Shown piece after piece: positions 1-6,889 of a stretch of DNA of 17,825 bases. This stretch comes from Candidatus Pacearchaeota archaeon (GTDB lineage Archaea; Nanobdellota; Nanobdellia; Pacearchaeales; GW2011-AR1): the NCBI GenBank assembly GCA_016186375.1, contig JACPLS010000027.1:1-17825 (forward strand), written 5' to 3'. The notes under the pieces are model-generated. The model was not told the DNA's origin, searched no databases, and saw only the letters and a list, made by a program, of their open reading frames with translations. How positions within the stretch are numbered: the first letter of the stretch is position 1; every line of letters begins with the position of its first letter. Both the position numbers and the translations under genes were made by a program.

Positions 1-144
1 ATTCATGTTTATAGAAGAAAAATAGTTCCAAATTGGGGTATGCTTGATTCAATAATCTATGCAACTTCGCGATTATATATTCTTCCAGTACTCACAAAAG
101 ACCCGCATTTTAAGGGTTTAGAAGGTGTTGAACTTCTTGAATAA
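1..144 (+). CDS. PIN-domain (VapC-like) protein, C-terminal fragment; the 5' end lies outside the window
   Basis: Frame 1 is open from base 1 to TAA at 142-144. It translates to ...GMLDSIIYATSRLYILPVLTKDPHFKGLEGVELLE, which matches the usual PIN C-terminus (D-x-[IL]I-x-A-T-A ... T-x-D-x-x-F). Confidence 0.6.
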   Translation: MHVYRRKIVPNWGMLDSIIYATSRLYILPVLTKDPHFKGLEGVELLE

Positions 145-184
145 AATCCTAAAACCTTATAAACCATCTTTTTCTATTCTTTTT

Positions 185-874
185 ATGAAAATAACACCAT
201 ATATGGAAAAGCTTAACTCATCAAATGAGTTTAAAGATTTTCAAAAAAAGAATAAGGATGCATTTATGGTCGCAGGCTTCTTTGTCTTAGACTTGGAAAT
301 GGGCCAAAACCTCTCCCAATTAGATTTCTATGTTCCATCAAAAAAGAAGATAGCCGCATTTACTCTAGATAAACAAGTTACAATGCAGCTCCTTGACTTA
401 GTCAACTCAACAAAAGAGCCTGAAAAACTGGATAAAGGAACAAAAATCGACCTTGATGCCATTCATGGTCTATTAGAAGACGAGATGAAAAATAGAAATA
501 TTACAGAAGGAATAAAAAAGATTATTGCAATAATCCAGACAATAGATGGAAAAAAGGTTTGGAATCTTAATTGCATTCTTTCTGGCATGGGTTTATTAAA
601 CGCCCATATTGATGATGAATCTCAAACTATCCTGAAAATGGAGAAAAAGTCAATGATGGACTATATTCAAAGAATACCTGCTGCCCAATTAAGGCAAATG
701 ACATCTACTCCTCAATCACCTCAAAAAGAATCAAAAGAAAATATAGAGTCGCAGATAAAGAAACTTTCTGAATTGGAAGGGGCAATAGAAAAAGAAAAAT
801 CAGAATTAAAAAAAGAACTTGATAATAAGGCTAAAAAACCAACAGAAAAAATACTTTTTAAAGATAAAAAGTAA
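185..874 (+). CDS. Hypothetical protein with a Lys/Glu-rich, coiled-coil-like C-terminal tail
   Basis: The ORF track starts at GTG 125. I prefer ATG 185 (MKITPYMEKL...) because a TATA-like box at 155-165 ends about 20 nt upstream, as at other genes here. I recognise no family. The tail is KESKENIESQIKKLSELEGAIEKEKSELKKELDNKAKK. Confidence 0.55.
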   Translation: MKITPYMEKLNSSNEFKDFQKKNKDAFMVAGFFVLDLEMGQNLSQLDFYVPSKKKIAAFTLDKQVTMQLLDLVNSTKEPEKLDKGTKIDLDAIHGLLEDEMKNRNITEGIKKIIAIIQTIDGKKVWNLNCILSGMGLLNAHIDDESQTILKMEKKSMMDYIQRIPAAQLRQMTSTPQSPQKESKENIESQIKKLSELEGAIEKEKSELKKELDNKAKKPTEKILFKDKK

Positions 875-921
875 ATATTATTAAGCTACTATTTCTAAGA
901 ATATTCGATAACTCTAAAAAA

Positions 922-1533
922 ATGAAACAAAGTAAAGCTGTAAAACAACTCTTAGCAATAAAAAAGTTAGGAAAAAGCATGCGTTTAGCTGCAGAAGATT
1001 GGAAATTTCAATGGCAGACTTTAATAGCCATAATACTATCGGCCAGAACAAGAGATGAAGTTACAATTAAAGTGTGTAAAAAACTCTTTAATAAATATAA
1101 AAATTTAAGTGAACTTAGCAACGCCAAAACAGAAAATATTTCCAAGATTATTAAACCGATCAACTTCTATAAAAACAAAACTAAAAATATAAAAAATTGC
1201 TCAAAAACTCTAATCGAAAAATTTAATGGAAAAATACCTCATAATCTCGAATTACTTATCTCCTTACCAGGAGTTGGAAGGAAAACAGCAAATGTTTTTC
1301 TTTCGGAACATAAGCATGATGCAATAGGAGTAGACACACATGTTTCATATATCTCACAAAAATTAAAATGGGTTAAGAACAATAAACCCCATAAAATTGA
1401 AAAAGAATTAGAAAATCTTTTTCCAAAATATTATTGGAATAAAATAAATCTCTATTTGGTTAAATTTGGAAAAACATATACAAGTAGAAGAAAGAAAAAT
1501 GAAATTTTAAATCAAATAATTAAGATTAAATGA
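922..1533 (+). CDS. nth: Endonuclease III-like HhH-GPD DNA glycosylase, apparently lacking the 4Fe-4S cluster loop
   Basis: Contains LIAIILSARTRDEVT, the helix-hairpin-helix motif LPGVGRKTANVFL (with the catalytic-Lys position) and GVDTHV (with the catalytic-Asp position). The C-terminus (LVKFGKTYTSRRKKNEILNQIIKIK) has no Cys where E. coli Nth carries C-x6-C-x2-C-x5-C. Confidence 0.85.
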   Translation: MKQSKAVKQLLAIKKLGKSMRLAAEDWKFQWQTLIAIILSARTRDEVTIKVCKKLFNKYKNLSELSNAKTENISKIIKPINFYKNKTKNIKNCSKTLIEKFNGKIPHNLELLISLPGVGRKTANVFLSEHKHDAIGVDTHVSYISQKLKWVKNNKPHKIEKELENLFPKYYWNKINLYLVKFGKTYTSRRKKNEILNQIIKIK

Positions 1534-1540
1534 AATTTCA

Positions 1541-1957
1541 TTAATCAATCTTCATTTTCTCTATAGAAATTGCCTCTGGAAGTTTTACAATATCGGTATC
1601 CGCAGTAATTAAAGACGCTCCATAAAGTTTTGCTATAGATACATAAAGTGAATCATAAATAGTAAGATTATAATTTAGCGCTATCTTAACTGTCTTATTT
1701 AAAAGGTCTGCAGTAAGAGCGACAATTTTAAGTTGGACATCCCAAAGATCTTTTATTGCTTTTTTTAATTCCTCCTCACTCTTTTTCTTATACCTCAAAC
1801 TATTTATGACCTCAAGAAAAGCCATCTCCGGTATAACTATTTCTATTTCCTGATTAATATGTTGATCACGTAATAATAATGCTTTTTCAGTGTTTTCTTC
1901 TTTAGAAAACCATTTTACAATAATAGAAGCATCTAAAACTTTCTTTTGTCTCTCCAT
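1541..1957 (-). CDS. vapC: PIN-domain ribonuclease toxin (VapC family)
   Basis: N-terminal VLDASIIVKWF. Acidic residues sit at PIN positions (LDAS, PEMAFLEV, IYDSLYV, ITADTD). It lies directly downstream of, and overlaps, a small antitoxin-like ORF. Confidence 0.8.
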   Translation of the reverse strand: MERQKKVLDASIIVKWFSKEENTEKALLLRDQHINQEIEIVIPEMAFLEVINSLRYKKKSEEELKKAIKDLWDVQLKIVALTADLLNKTVKIALNYNLTIYDSLYVSIAKLYGASLITADTDIVKLPEAISIEKMKID

Positions 1958-2196
1958 TCTCTTATAATCTCAACACCGGTTTTTCCTCCATCAAACACTT
2001 TTGAATTTCTTATTCTGTCCATGTCTTGTGATGCTCTTTCAGCTCTTACTTTATCAAATTTTTCTTCGTCCTGTAATTGTTCTAAATATTGTTGCACATT
2101 TTTCCTAATAATCGCACTCCAATTAATATGTTCTATTTTCCTCATATGTTCATGCATTTTCTTGTCTATTCTTACCGAAATTATAGAGTCTGTCAT
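1933..2196 (-). CDS. vapB: VapB-like antitoxin (87 aa) paired with the PIN toxin
   Basis: A small ORF upstream of vapC with a 25-nt overlap. N-terminal ISVRIDKKMHEHMRKI looks like a ribbon-helix-helix strand. The C-terminal GVEIIREWRDKRKF tail is typical of archaeal PIN partners. A TATA-like box ends 20 nt upstream of the ATG. Confidence 0.6.
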   Translation of the reverse strand: MTDSIISVRIDKKMHEHMRKIEHINWSAIIRKNVQQYLEQLQDEEKFDKVRAERASQDMDRIRNSKVFDGGKTGVEIIREWRDKRKF

Positions 2197-2216
2197 GTAA
2201 TAATTGTATTACTTGT

Positions 2217-2229
2217 ATATATTTAAATG
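2217..2229 (-). promoter_or_regulatory. TATA-like box for vapBC (minus strand reads catttaaatatat); it may also fire on the + strand
   Basis: It ends exactly 20 nt upstream of the vapB ATG at 2196. The element is close to symmetric. Confidence 0.5.
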
Positions 2230-2246
2230 TTTTGATTAAATAAAGC

Positions 2247-2409
2247 CAAGAACTTCAGAATAAATTCCGGAGTGCGTCTGGAGTTCTTGATCATGTCAGA
2301 AACAGAAAGTTTCTAAGCATCTCAAAACTCAAAAAGTTTCTCAACCTCGAAAATTAAATTTGCTTACTCACTGCTAAAGATAACGAGTTTGCACAAATTT
2401 AATTTTTTT
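2247..2409 (+). ncRNA. Candidate structured small RNA (unclassified)
   Basis: It starts about 20 nt downstream of the near-symmetric TATA at 2217-2229. There is a 12-bp stem at 2247-2258/2278-2289 (one G-U if transcribed on +) and a 6-bp hairpin at 2298-2314. A perfect 13-bp inverted repeat at 2350-2362/2394-2406 runs into T7 at 2403-2409. The patch is locally GC-richer than its flanks and has no credible ORF. Confidence 0.25.
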
Positions 2410-2435
2410 AATATCAATCTTAAATAGAGAATTAC

Positions 2436-2450
2436 ATAGATTTTTATATC
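2436..2450 (+). promoter_or_regulatory. TATA-like box (atagatttttatatc) for the DUF2238 gene
   Basis: It ends 20 nt upstream of ATG 2471. The identical 15-mer recurs at 3475-3489. Confidence 0.55.
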
Positions 2451-2470
2451 ATATAATATTATCTCTTACA

Positions 2471-3478
2471 ATGAAAAGAGGAAGAAAAAGTATCTTAAAT
2501 TATTGGAATATTCCTATTTTATTAATCATGGGTTTTTTAATTCAATTTTTCATTATGGAATCATATACCCTGAATGTTCTATTTTCAATAATCGCTTCTC
2601 TTGTTTTTATTTTCCTTGGATATTACTTCTGGAACAAGAGTTTTTTTAATTTTTTCTTATTTTCTCTAACAGCAATTAGTTTCTTCGTATCTCTTGAAGT
2701 AAGTTTTAATATAGGTTTCTATCTGACCTTTTTATTTTCTTTAATTTTTTCATTAATCTTCTCTTTTGCTTATCTCAAATGGAAGCATGATGAAAATTAT
2801 CCCCTACTTTTACTAATATCATTCATATTTATTTGGATTATTCTTGGATTTAATGTTCTTGATAGGACTGATTGGATTTTAGAAAATTCAATAAATGTTC
2901 CTTTTATAATAATAATTGTTCTGTTATCAAAATGGTTTAGATTTTCCAAATTATCTTATAGTCTATTTTATCTTTTTATGTTTATGAATGTAATTGGAAG
3001 CCATTACACTTATTCTGAAGTGCCATTTGGATTCTGGCTCGAAGGTTTCCTAGGTATAACTAGAAATCATTATGACAGAATTATTCATTTTAGCTTTGGA
3101 TTTCTCCTAGCTTATCCTTTAAGAGAAGTTTATATTAGAGTAGGCAATTATAAGGGTTTTTGGGCCCTTATGGCCCCAATTATAATGGTCTTGGGCCTAA
3201 GTGCTGTTTATGAGCTTCTTGAATGGTGGATTGCGGTTATTTTCGGAGGAGATCTGGGTATTGCATATTTAGGAAGCCAGGGAGATATTTGGGATGCTCA
3301 AAAAGACATGTTTCTTGCAGGTTTTGGTAGCATAATAACAATGTTTATTGTCTTCATTGTTCTAATAACATATAAAAGAAAAACCTTTATTTCAGAAATT
3401 AAAGATAGCTTAAAAGTAAAAAAACAAACCCCACTTGGAGAAATCGCTTTAGAAAAAATTCAAAAAACCCACAGATAG
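2471..3478 (+). CDS. Polytopic membrane protein with a C-terminal DUF2238 (YjdF-like) domain
   Basis: Multiple hydrophobic helices. The C-terminal half carries GSHYTYSEVPFGFW, RNHYDRIIHFSFGF, YELLEWW and AYLGSQGDIWDAQKDM, which I recognise as the YjdF/DUF2238 signature. Confidence 0.8.
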   Translation: MKRGRKSILNYWNIPILLIMGFLIQFFIMESYTLNVLFSIIASLVFIFLGYYFWNKSFFNFFLFSLTAISFFVSLEVSFNIGFYLTFLFSLIFSLIFSFAYLKWKHDENYPLLLLISFIFIWIILGFNVLDRTDWILENSINVPFIIIIVLLSKWFRFSKLSYSLFYLFMFMNVIGSHYTYSEVPFGFWLEGFLGITRNHYDRIIHFSFGFLLAYPLREVYIRVGNYKGFWALMAPIIMVLGLSAVYELLEWWIAVIFGGDLGIAYLGSQGDIWDAQKDMFLAGFGSIITMFIVFIVLITYKRKTFISEIKDSLKVKKQTPLGEIALEKIQKTHR

Positions 3479-3489
3479 ATTTTTATATC
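3475..3489 (+). promoter_or_regulatory. TATA-like box (atagatttttatatc) for secG/sec61-beta
   Basis: It ends 19 nt upstream of ATG 3509 and overlaps the stop codon of the preceding gene. Confidence 0.55.
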
Positions 3490-3508
3490 CTCTTTTTCTT
3501 CAATAAAT

Positions 3509-3691
3509 ATGGCATCAGATAATAAAATAAGTATGCCCGGTGCTTTTGGCGGGCTTATGCGTTATGATGAAGAATATAATAGTAAATTCATCTTTACCCC
3601 TACGCAGATAATTGGCTTTGTAATCGTAATTGTTATCTTTGTCCTCCTCTTAAAGCTTTTCTGGCCTGCCCCAGTTTTAGTGAATGGATAA
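3509..3691 (+). CDS. secG: Preprotein translocase subunit Sec61-beta (archaeal SecG)
   Basis: 60 aa. PGAFGGLMRYDEEYNSKFIFTPTQIIGFVIVIVIFVLLL matches the archaeal Sec-beta pattern (sAGL-x-RY-x-[DE]E ... P ... followed by a single C-terminal TM). Confidence 0.8.
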   Translation: MASDNKISMPGAFGGLMRYDEEYNSKFIFTPTQIIGFVIVIVIFVLLLKLFWPAPVLVNG

Positions 3692-3890
3692 TTTTATACT
3701 GTATAACCAGATCTCTTCCCTCTTTTGTTATATCTAAATACCCAAAATCCTTCATATAACCTATAAATAAAATATAACTACAAAAAGTGCATATCTTTTT
3801 AATTGTTAATAATGATCTTTTTCTTCGAACCAATATATAGACCACAAATAATTATCAGACATTATTTAATAGGTAATATTATTTAATGAA

Positions 3891-4886
3891 TTAATCATTT
3901 TTCGCAAAAGTCTCTGCAACTAAAAGAGGAAAAACAATAGTGGCGTCTGCAAATAACTTTACACTTTCAGCATTAGGCAATATCTTCCCCCAAGAAACCG
4001 CTTCATCCGGCATAGCTCCAGAATCACTTCCATCATATTCCTGTGCTGTATTAATATAAACAATGTAGTCTGCACCATTTCGAAGCATATTTGCGTTTAA
4101 AATTGAATGTTTTATTGTCCCAGCCCCTAAAATAATTGCCCCGCTTTTCTTTATTCCAATAGTAGTATTATTAATCATAACTGTGTCTTTCACTATATCA
4201 ATCTTGAAATCATCTCTCTTAAAACTAAAGAAATAAATATTATCTCCTAATGCTCCATCTGTCAAAACAGGGCAATATACGGGAATTTTATTTTTCCATG
4301 CCCAATAATAAATACTCTCTTTATTATTTATTTTTTCTCCTAATTTCCATATCAATTCATTTCCAGAGATAATTTTTCCCGTCTCCTTATGTTCTTGATA
4401 TAATTCCTCTAATATTGGTTGCACAAATTTTTCAAATTCCACATACATGTTATTCTCAACATAAATATTTCCTATCCTATTAATTCCTTTATTCCTTAAC
4501 TCTTTTCCCGAAGCACCAAAATCTCCCAAAACAAAATCGCCGAGACATTTAATAATATCTTCTTCAATGCCTCCAGTAGTTGTAACAAGAATATTAACTT
4601 TCCTATGCTCAACAAGATATCTAATTATTTCACGCAGGCCAGAAGATACCATATTGCTAGTGTATCCTAAAAAGATGAAAGCCCTTTCTTCAATCATCTT
4701 TTTAGTAATATCAATAGCTTTAGAAAATTGAGATGCTTGAAATCCAGTACTCTTATAATTATCAATTATCTTCTCATAATCTAAACCTCTATTAAAATCA
4801 TATCCTCTTATCTTTTCTCCTTTTACTACTTCTCCTTTTCTTAATAAATTCTTTCTAGCTATTTTATCTTTCTCATCATTTTCCAT
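3891..4886 (-). CDS. dys: Deoxyhypusine synthase
   Basis: 331 aa with GYTSNMVSSGLREIIRYLVEHRKVNILVTTTGGIEEDIIKC, GINRIGN and DGSDSGAMPDEAVSWGK, the classic DHS signature blocks. Confidence 0.92.
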   Translation of the reverse strand: MENDEKDKIARKNLLRKGEVVKGEKIRGYDFNRGLDYEKIIDNYKSTGFQASQFSKAIDITKKMIEERAFIFLGYTSNMVSSGLREIIRYLVEHRKVNILVTTTGGIEEDIIKCLGDFVLGDFGASGKELRNKGINRIGNIYVENNMYVEFEKFVQPILEELYQEHKETGKIISGNELIWKLGEKINNKESIYYWAWKNKIPVYCPVLTDGALGDNIYFFSFKRDDFKIDIVKDTVMINNTTIGIKKSGAIILGAGTIKHSILNANMLRNGADYIVYINTAQEYDGSDSGAMPDEAVSWGKILPNAESVKLFADATIVFPLLVAETFAKND

Positions 4887-4906
4887 ATTTCGAAGTCATT
4901 TTTTCA

Positions 4907-4917
4907 ATATATAAACC
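4907..4917 (-). promoter_or_regulatory. TATA-like box (minus strand ggtttatatat) for dys
   Basis: It ends 20 nt upstream of ATG 4886. Confidence 0.5.
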
Positions 4918-5021
4918 TTGTTTAAGAAAAATAATTGTGTAAAAAAGATGATAAGTTATGAGCATATCGCCAAAATAATAATTGGTAAACTTTTATCACT
5001 AATGTTTGCATTACCATAAAG

Positions 5022-5741
5022 TTATTTAGAAAAATTTGGCGAAGTGCCTTCGGCACTTCTTCTTACCCCGACAAACCTCCCATCGCAACGAAGGGCGCCG
5101 CAGTCGCCCCTCAAACTGCCGCTGCCGCTGCTGCCAAAAAACAGCAAACGCCCAACTGAAACGTCATCATATAAGTCATTTTTCTTCCAAATGCCAATTT
5201 TATCTCCATAAACTTCCTCATGTCTCTTCATATAGGCTTCAGCTCTTTCTCTTCCCCCCAAAAATGGAATTGTTTGTGGATGTTCCAACGCTTTATCAAT
5301 TTGAACTACTCCAGAAAAAGAATTTCTGAACTTATCCTCATCAAGAAGCCAAACTAATCTGTCTCCAAAACAATTTACAGATTCATCCAAGTCTACAAGT
5401 CTCTGAAATTCTTTCTGGGGTAAAATACCTGCGCCATCTTTTAGACCATATTTAATAGCAGTCCTTATGTTTTTAGGTTTTGAAAAATAATTAGGTATAT
5501 GAGCAATAACAACTACAGGATTTCCTTGTGATGTCCTCCCTGTAGCTCTTATACTTGGAGAACAATACCAATTTTGCCAAATTAATGCATTTTTTGGAGA
5601 ACTAATTCTAGTATCTACCAAAGCCGGCATAAATAGTGCTTCATGCTCTTTTTGACAATTTTCAAGAGCAGTAGCTAAATTATTATGATAAAATGGCTTC
5701 CCTACAACTCTCCTTGAAACTACAATACTATCTTCATCCAT
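5022..5741 (-). CDS. Hypothetical protein (239 aa) with a Gly/Ser/Arg/Cys-rich, GC-rich C-terminal tail
   Basis: A long ORF with its own TATA-like box 20 nt upstream. I recognise no family. The tail is LLFFGSSGSGSLRGDCGALRCDGRFVGVRRSAEGTSPNFSK. Confidence 0.6.
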   Translation of the reverse strand: MDEDSIVVSRRVVGKPFYHNNLATALENCQKEHEALFMPALVDTRISSPKNALIWQNWYCSPSIRATGRTSQGNPVVVIAHIPNYFSKPKNIRTAIKYGLKDGAGILPQKEFQRLVDLDESVNCFGDRLVWLLDEDKFRNSFSGVVQIDKALEHPQTIPFLGGRERAEAYMKRHEEVYGDKIGIWKKNDLYDDVSVGRLLFFGSSGSGSLRGDCGALRCDGRFVGVRRSAEGTSPNFSK

Positions 5742-5761
5742 AATATTCTAAGAAAAATACA

Positions 5762-5772
5762 GTTTATAAATC
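5762..5772 (-). promoter_or_regulatory. TATA-like box (minus strand gatttataaac) for the 239-aa orphan
   Basis: It ends 20 nt upstream of ATG 5741. Confidence 0.5.
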
Positions 5773-5785
5773 TTTCCATATGTTA

Positions 5786-6889
5786 CTATTTAATAGTTAA
5801 GAAGTTTTTTTTCTTCCCATGTAAATCCTTCTTCGCAGTTCCCCCAAATCTTCTAACCCTGTCAGAAAAATTTCTGACTGCCTTCTTTAATTCATCTGCA
5901 CCAAATTCAGGGAAATAAACATCGGTAAAATAAAGCTCTGCATAAGTTGCCTGAAAAGGCATTGCGCCGCTTGTTCTTTTTTCTCCAGAAGTCCTTATAA
6001 TCAAATCTGGGTCAGGAATATCTTTTGTATCTAAATAACCCAAAAACACCGCTTCATCTATCTTTCTTTTTTTATCTTTGAGTATTTTGTTTACCGCCCT
6101 TATTACCTCATCTCTCCCACCATAATCGAGCATTAATTGCACATTTAAATCCTCATAATCTTTAGTTTCACTCTCAAGTTTCCTTAATTCATTCATCAAA
6201 TCCTTGGGCAATCTGTCTTTTCTCCCCAAATGCCTAAATCTTATTCTGTGTTTATGAGCCTCCTCTTTTAATTTATCTATCTTTTTCAATATAAGACTAA
6301 AAATTGCCCTTATTTCCTTCTCATCTCTTTTCCAATTCTCTGTTGAAAATCCCCAAATTGATAAATATTTTATTCCTAATCTTTTCGCCTCTACAAATAA
6401 CTCCACTATTCTTTCATCACTTGCAGAAGTATAGTGCCCAAAACTTGCACTCAGTCCTCTCTCTCTAGCCCATCTTCTGTTTCCGTCCGGAATAATTAAA
6501 ACATGTTCAGGAATATTCTTTTTCTCATTTATCACCAAAGCTTTCCCTAAATTGACAAGGCTCTTTGCCTTGTCAATCATATAATTATCCTCCCTAATTA
6601 TGTCAAAGGCCGAATATCTTGCTAATGGTTTTTTCCAAAAATAATTAATATCCTCAATCTTCGAAAATCCAGGGCTATTTTTTATCCATGAAATAAATTC
6701 ATTCAATTTTTCGCCAGACCCTTGTGCAACAATAAGAACAGAGCCTTCTTTCCTGTTCATTACATAACCTCTCAATCCAAGAGAATCAGCTTGTTTTTTT
6801 ATCATGTATCTTAAATTAACTCCCTGAACCCTTCCAAATAACTCAATCTCAACTTCCTTCATTTCTTTTCTTTTATTTTCATCTTTCAT
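5786..6889 (-). CDS. uppS: Acylphosphatase-domain / undecaprenyl-diphosphate synthase (cis-prenyltransferase) fusion protein
   Basis: The N-terminal ~90 aa (FGRVQGVNLRYMIKKQADSLGLRGYVMNRKEGSVLIVAQG) fits the acylphosphatase motifs V-x-G-x-VQGV-x-[FL]R and G-[WY]V-x-N. The rest carries the UPPS blocks HVLIIPDGNRRWA, GFSTENWKR, DYGGRDE, IRTSGEKRTS and RRFGG. Its ATG overlaps the upstream stop as ATGA. Confidence 0.85.
   Translation of the reverse strand: MKDENKRKEMKEVEIELFGRVQGVNLRYMIKKQADSLGLRGYVMNRKEGSVLIVAQGSGEKLNEFISWIKNSPGFSKIEDINYFWKKPLARYSAFDIIREDNYMIDKAKSLVNLGKALVINEKKNIPEHVLIIPDGNRRWARERGLSASFGHYTSASDERIVELFVEAKRLGIKYLSIWGFSTENWKRDEKEIRAIFSLILKKIDKLKEEAHKHRIRFRHLGRKDRLPKDLMNELRKLESETKDYEDLNVQLMLDYGGRDEVIRAVNKILKDKKRKIDEAVFLGYLDTKDIPDPDLIIRTSGEKRTSGAMPFQATYAELYFTDVYFPEFGADELKKAVRNFSDRVRRFGGTAKKDLHGKKKNFLTIK

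Noticed and set aside
125-184. N-terminal extensions from the ORF track (GTG 125, TTG 7971, ATG 9695).
   Set aside because: Each extension would begin inside or upstream of the TATA-like box. The downstream ATGs (185, 7965, 9662) sit at the conserved ~20-nt spacing, and for 9662 the ATG begins a textbook signal peptide.
1946-2200. An 84-aa + strand ORF covering vapB, plus similar antisense/nested ORFs at 5036-5329, 7181-7393, 7327-7518, 9040-9240, 9401-9598, 9672-9911, 14837-15028 and 16691-16882.
   Set aside because: They are antisense to, or nested within, better-supported genes. Their composition is hydrophobic and low in complexity, and they lack the TATA-plus-20 geometry.
2240-2320. A C/D-box sRNA on the minus strand (CTGA, ATGATCA and CTGA elements).
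   Set aside because: There is no proper C box (RUGAUGA). The C'-like element is mismatched (UGAUCA), and the C'-to-D spacing is about 29 nt rather than about 12 nt.
3633-3845. A 70-aa minus-strand ORF in the 199-bp convergent spacer between secG and dys.
   Set aside because: It starts at GTG, and the internal ATG (3755) has no TATA-like box at the standard spacing. It overlaps the 3' end of secG by 59 nt, and its sequence is low-complexity and basic. It is probably spurious, although the spacer is unusually long.
5117-5134. A short ctgccg-ctgccg-ctgctg tandem repeat as a possible microsatellite or variable tract.
   Set aside because: There are only three imperfect units, in frame, encoding a Gly/Ser linker. 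It is noted under the orphan-gene finding rather than as an independent repeat feature.
5030-5160. The GC-rich patch might hide a tRNA or other structured RNA; its minus-strand reading ends ...ggcacttcgcca.
   Set aside because: I could not fold a cloverleaf. The hairpin has an 8-bp stem with a 3-nt loop rather than a 5-bp T-arm with a 7-nt loop. There are no D-arm or anticodon-arm candidates. The region is in frame with a long ORF that has its own promoter. It needs a covariance-model scan to exclude completely.
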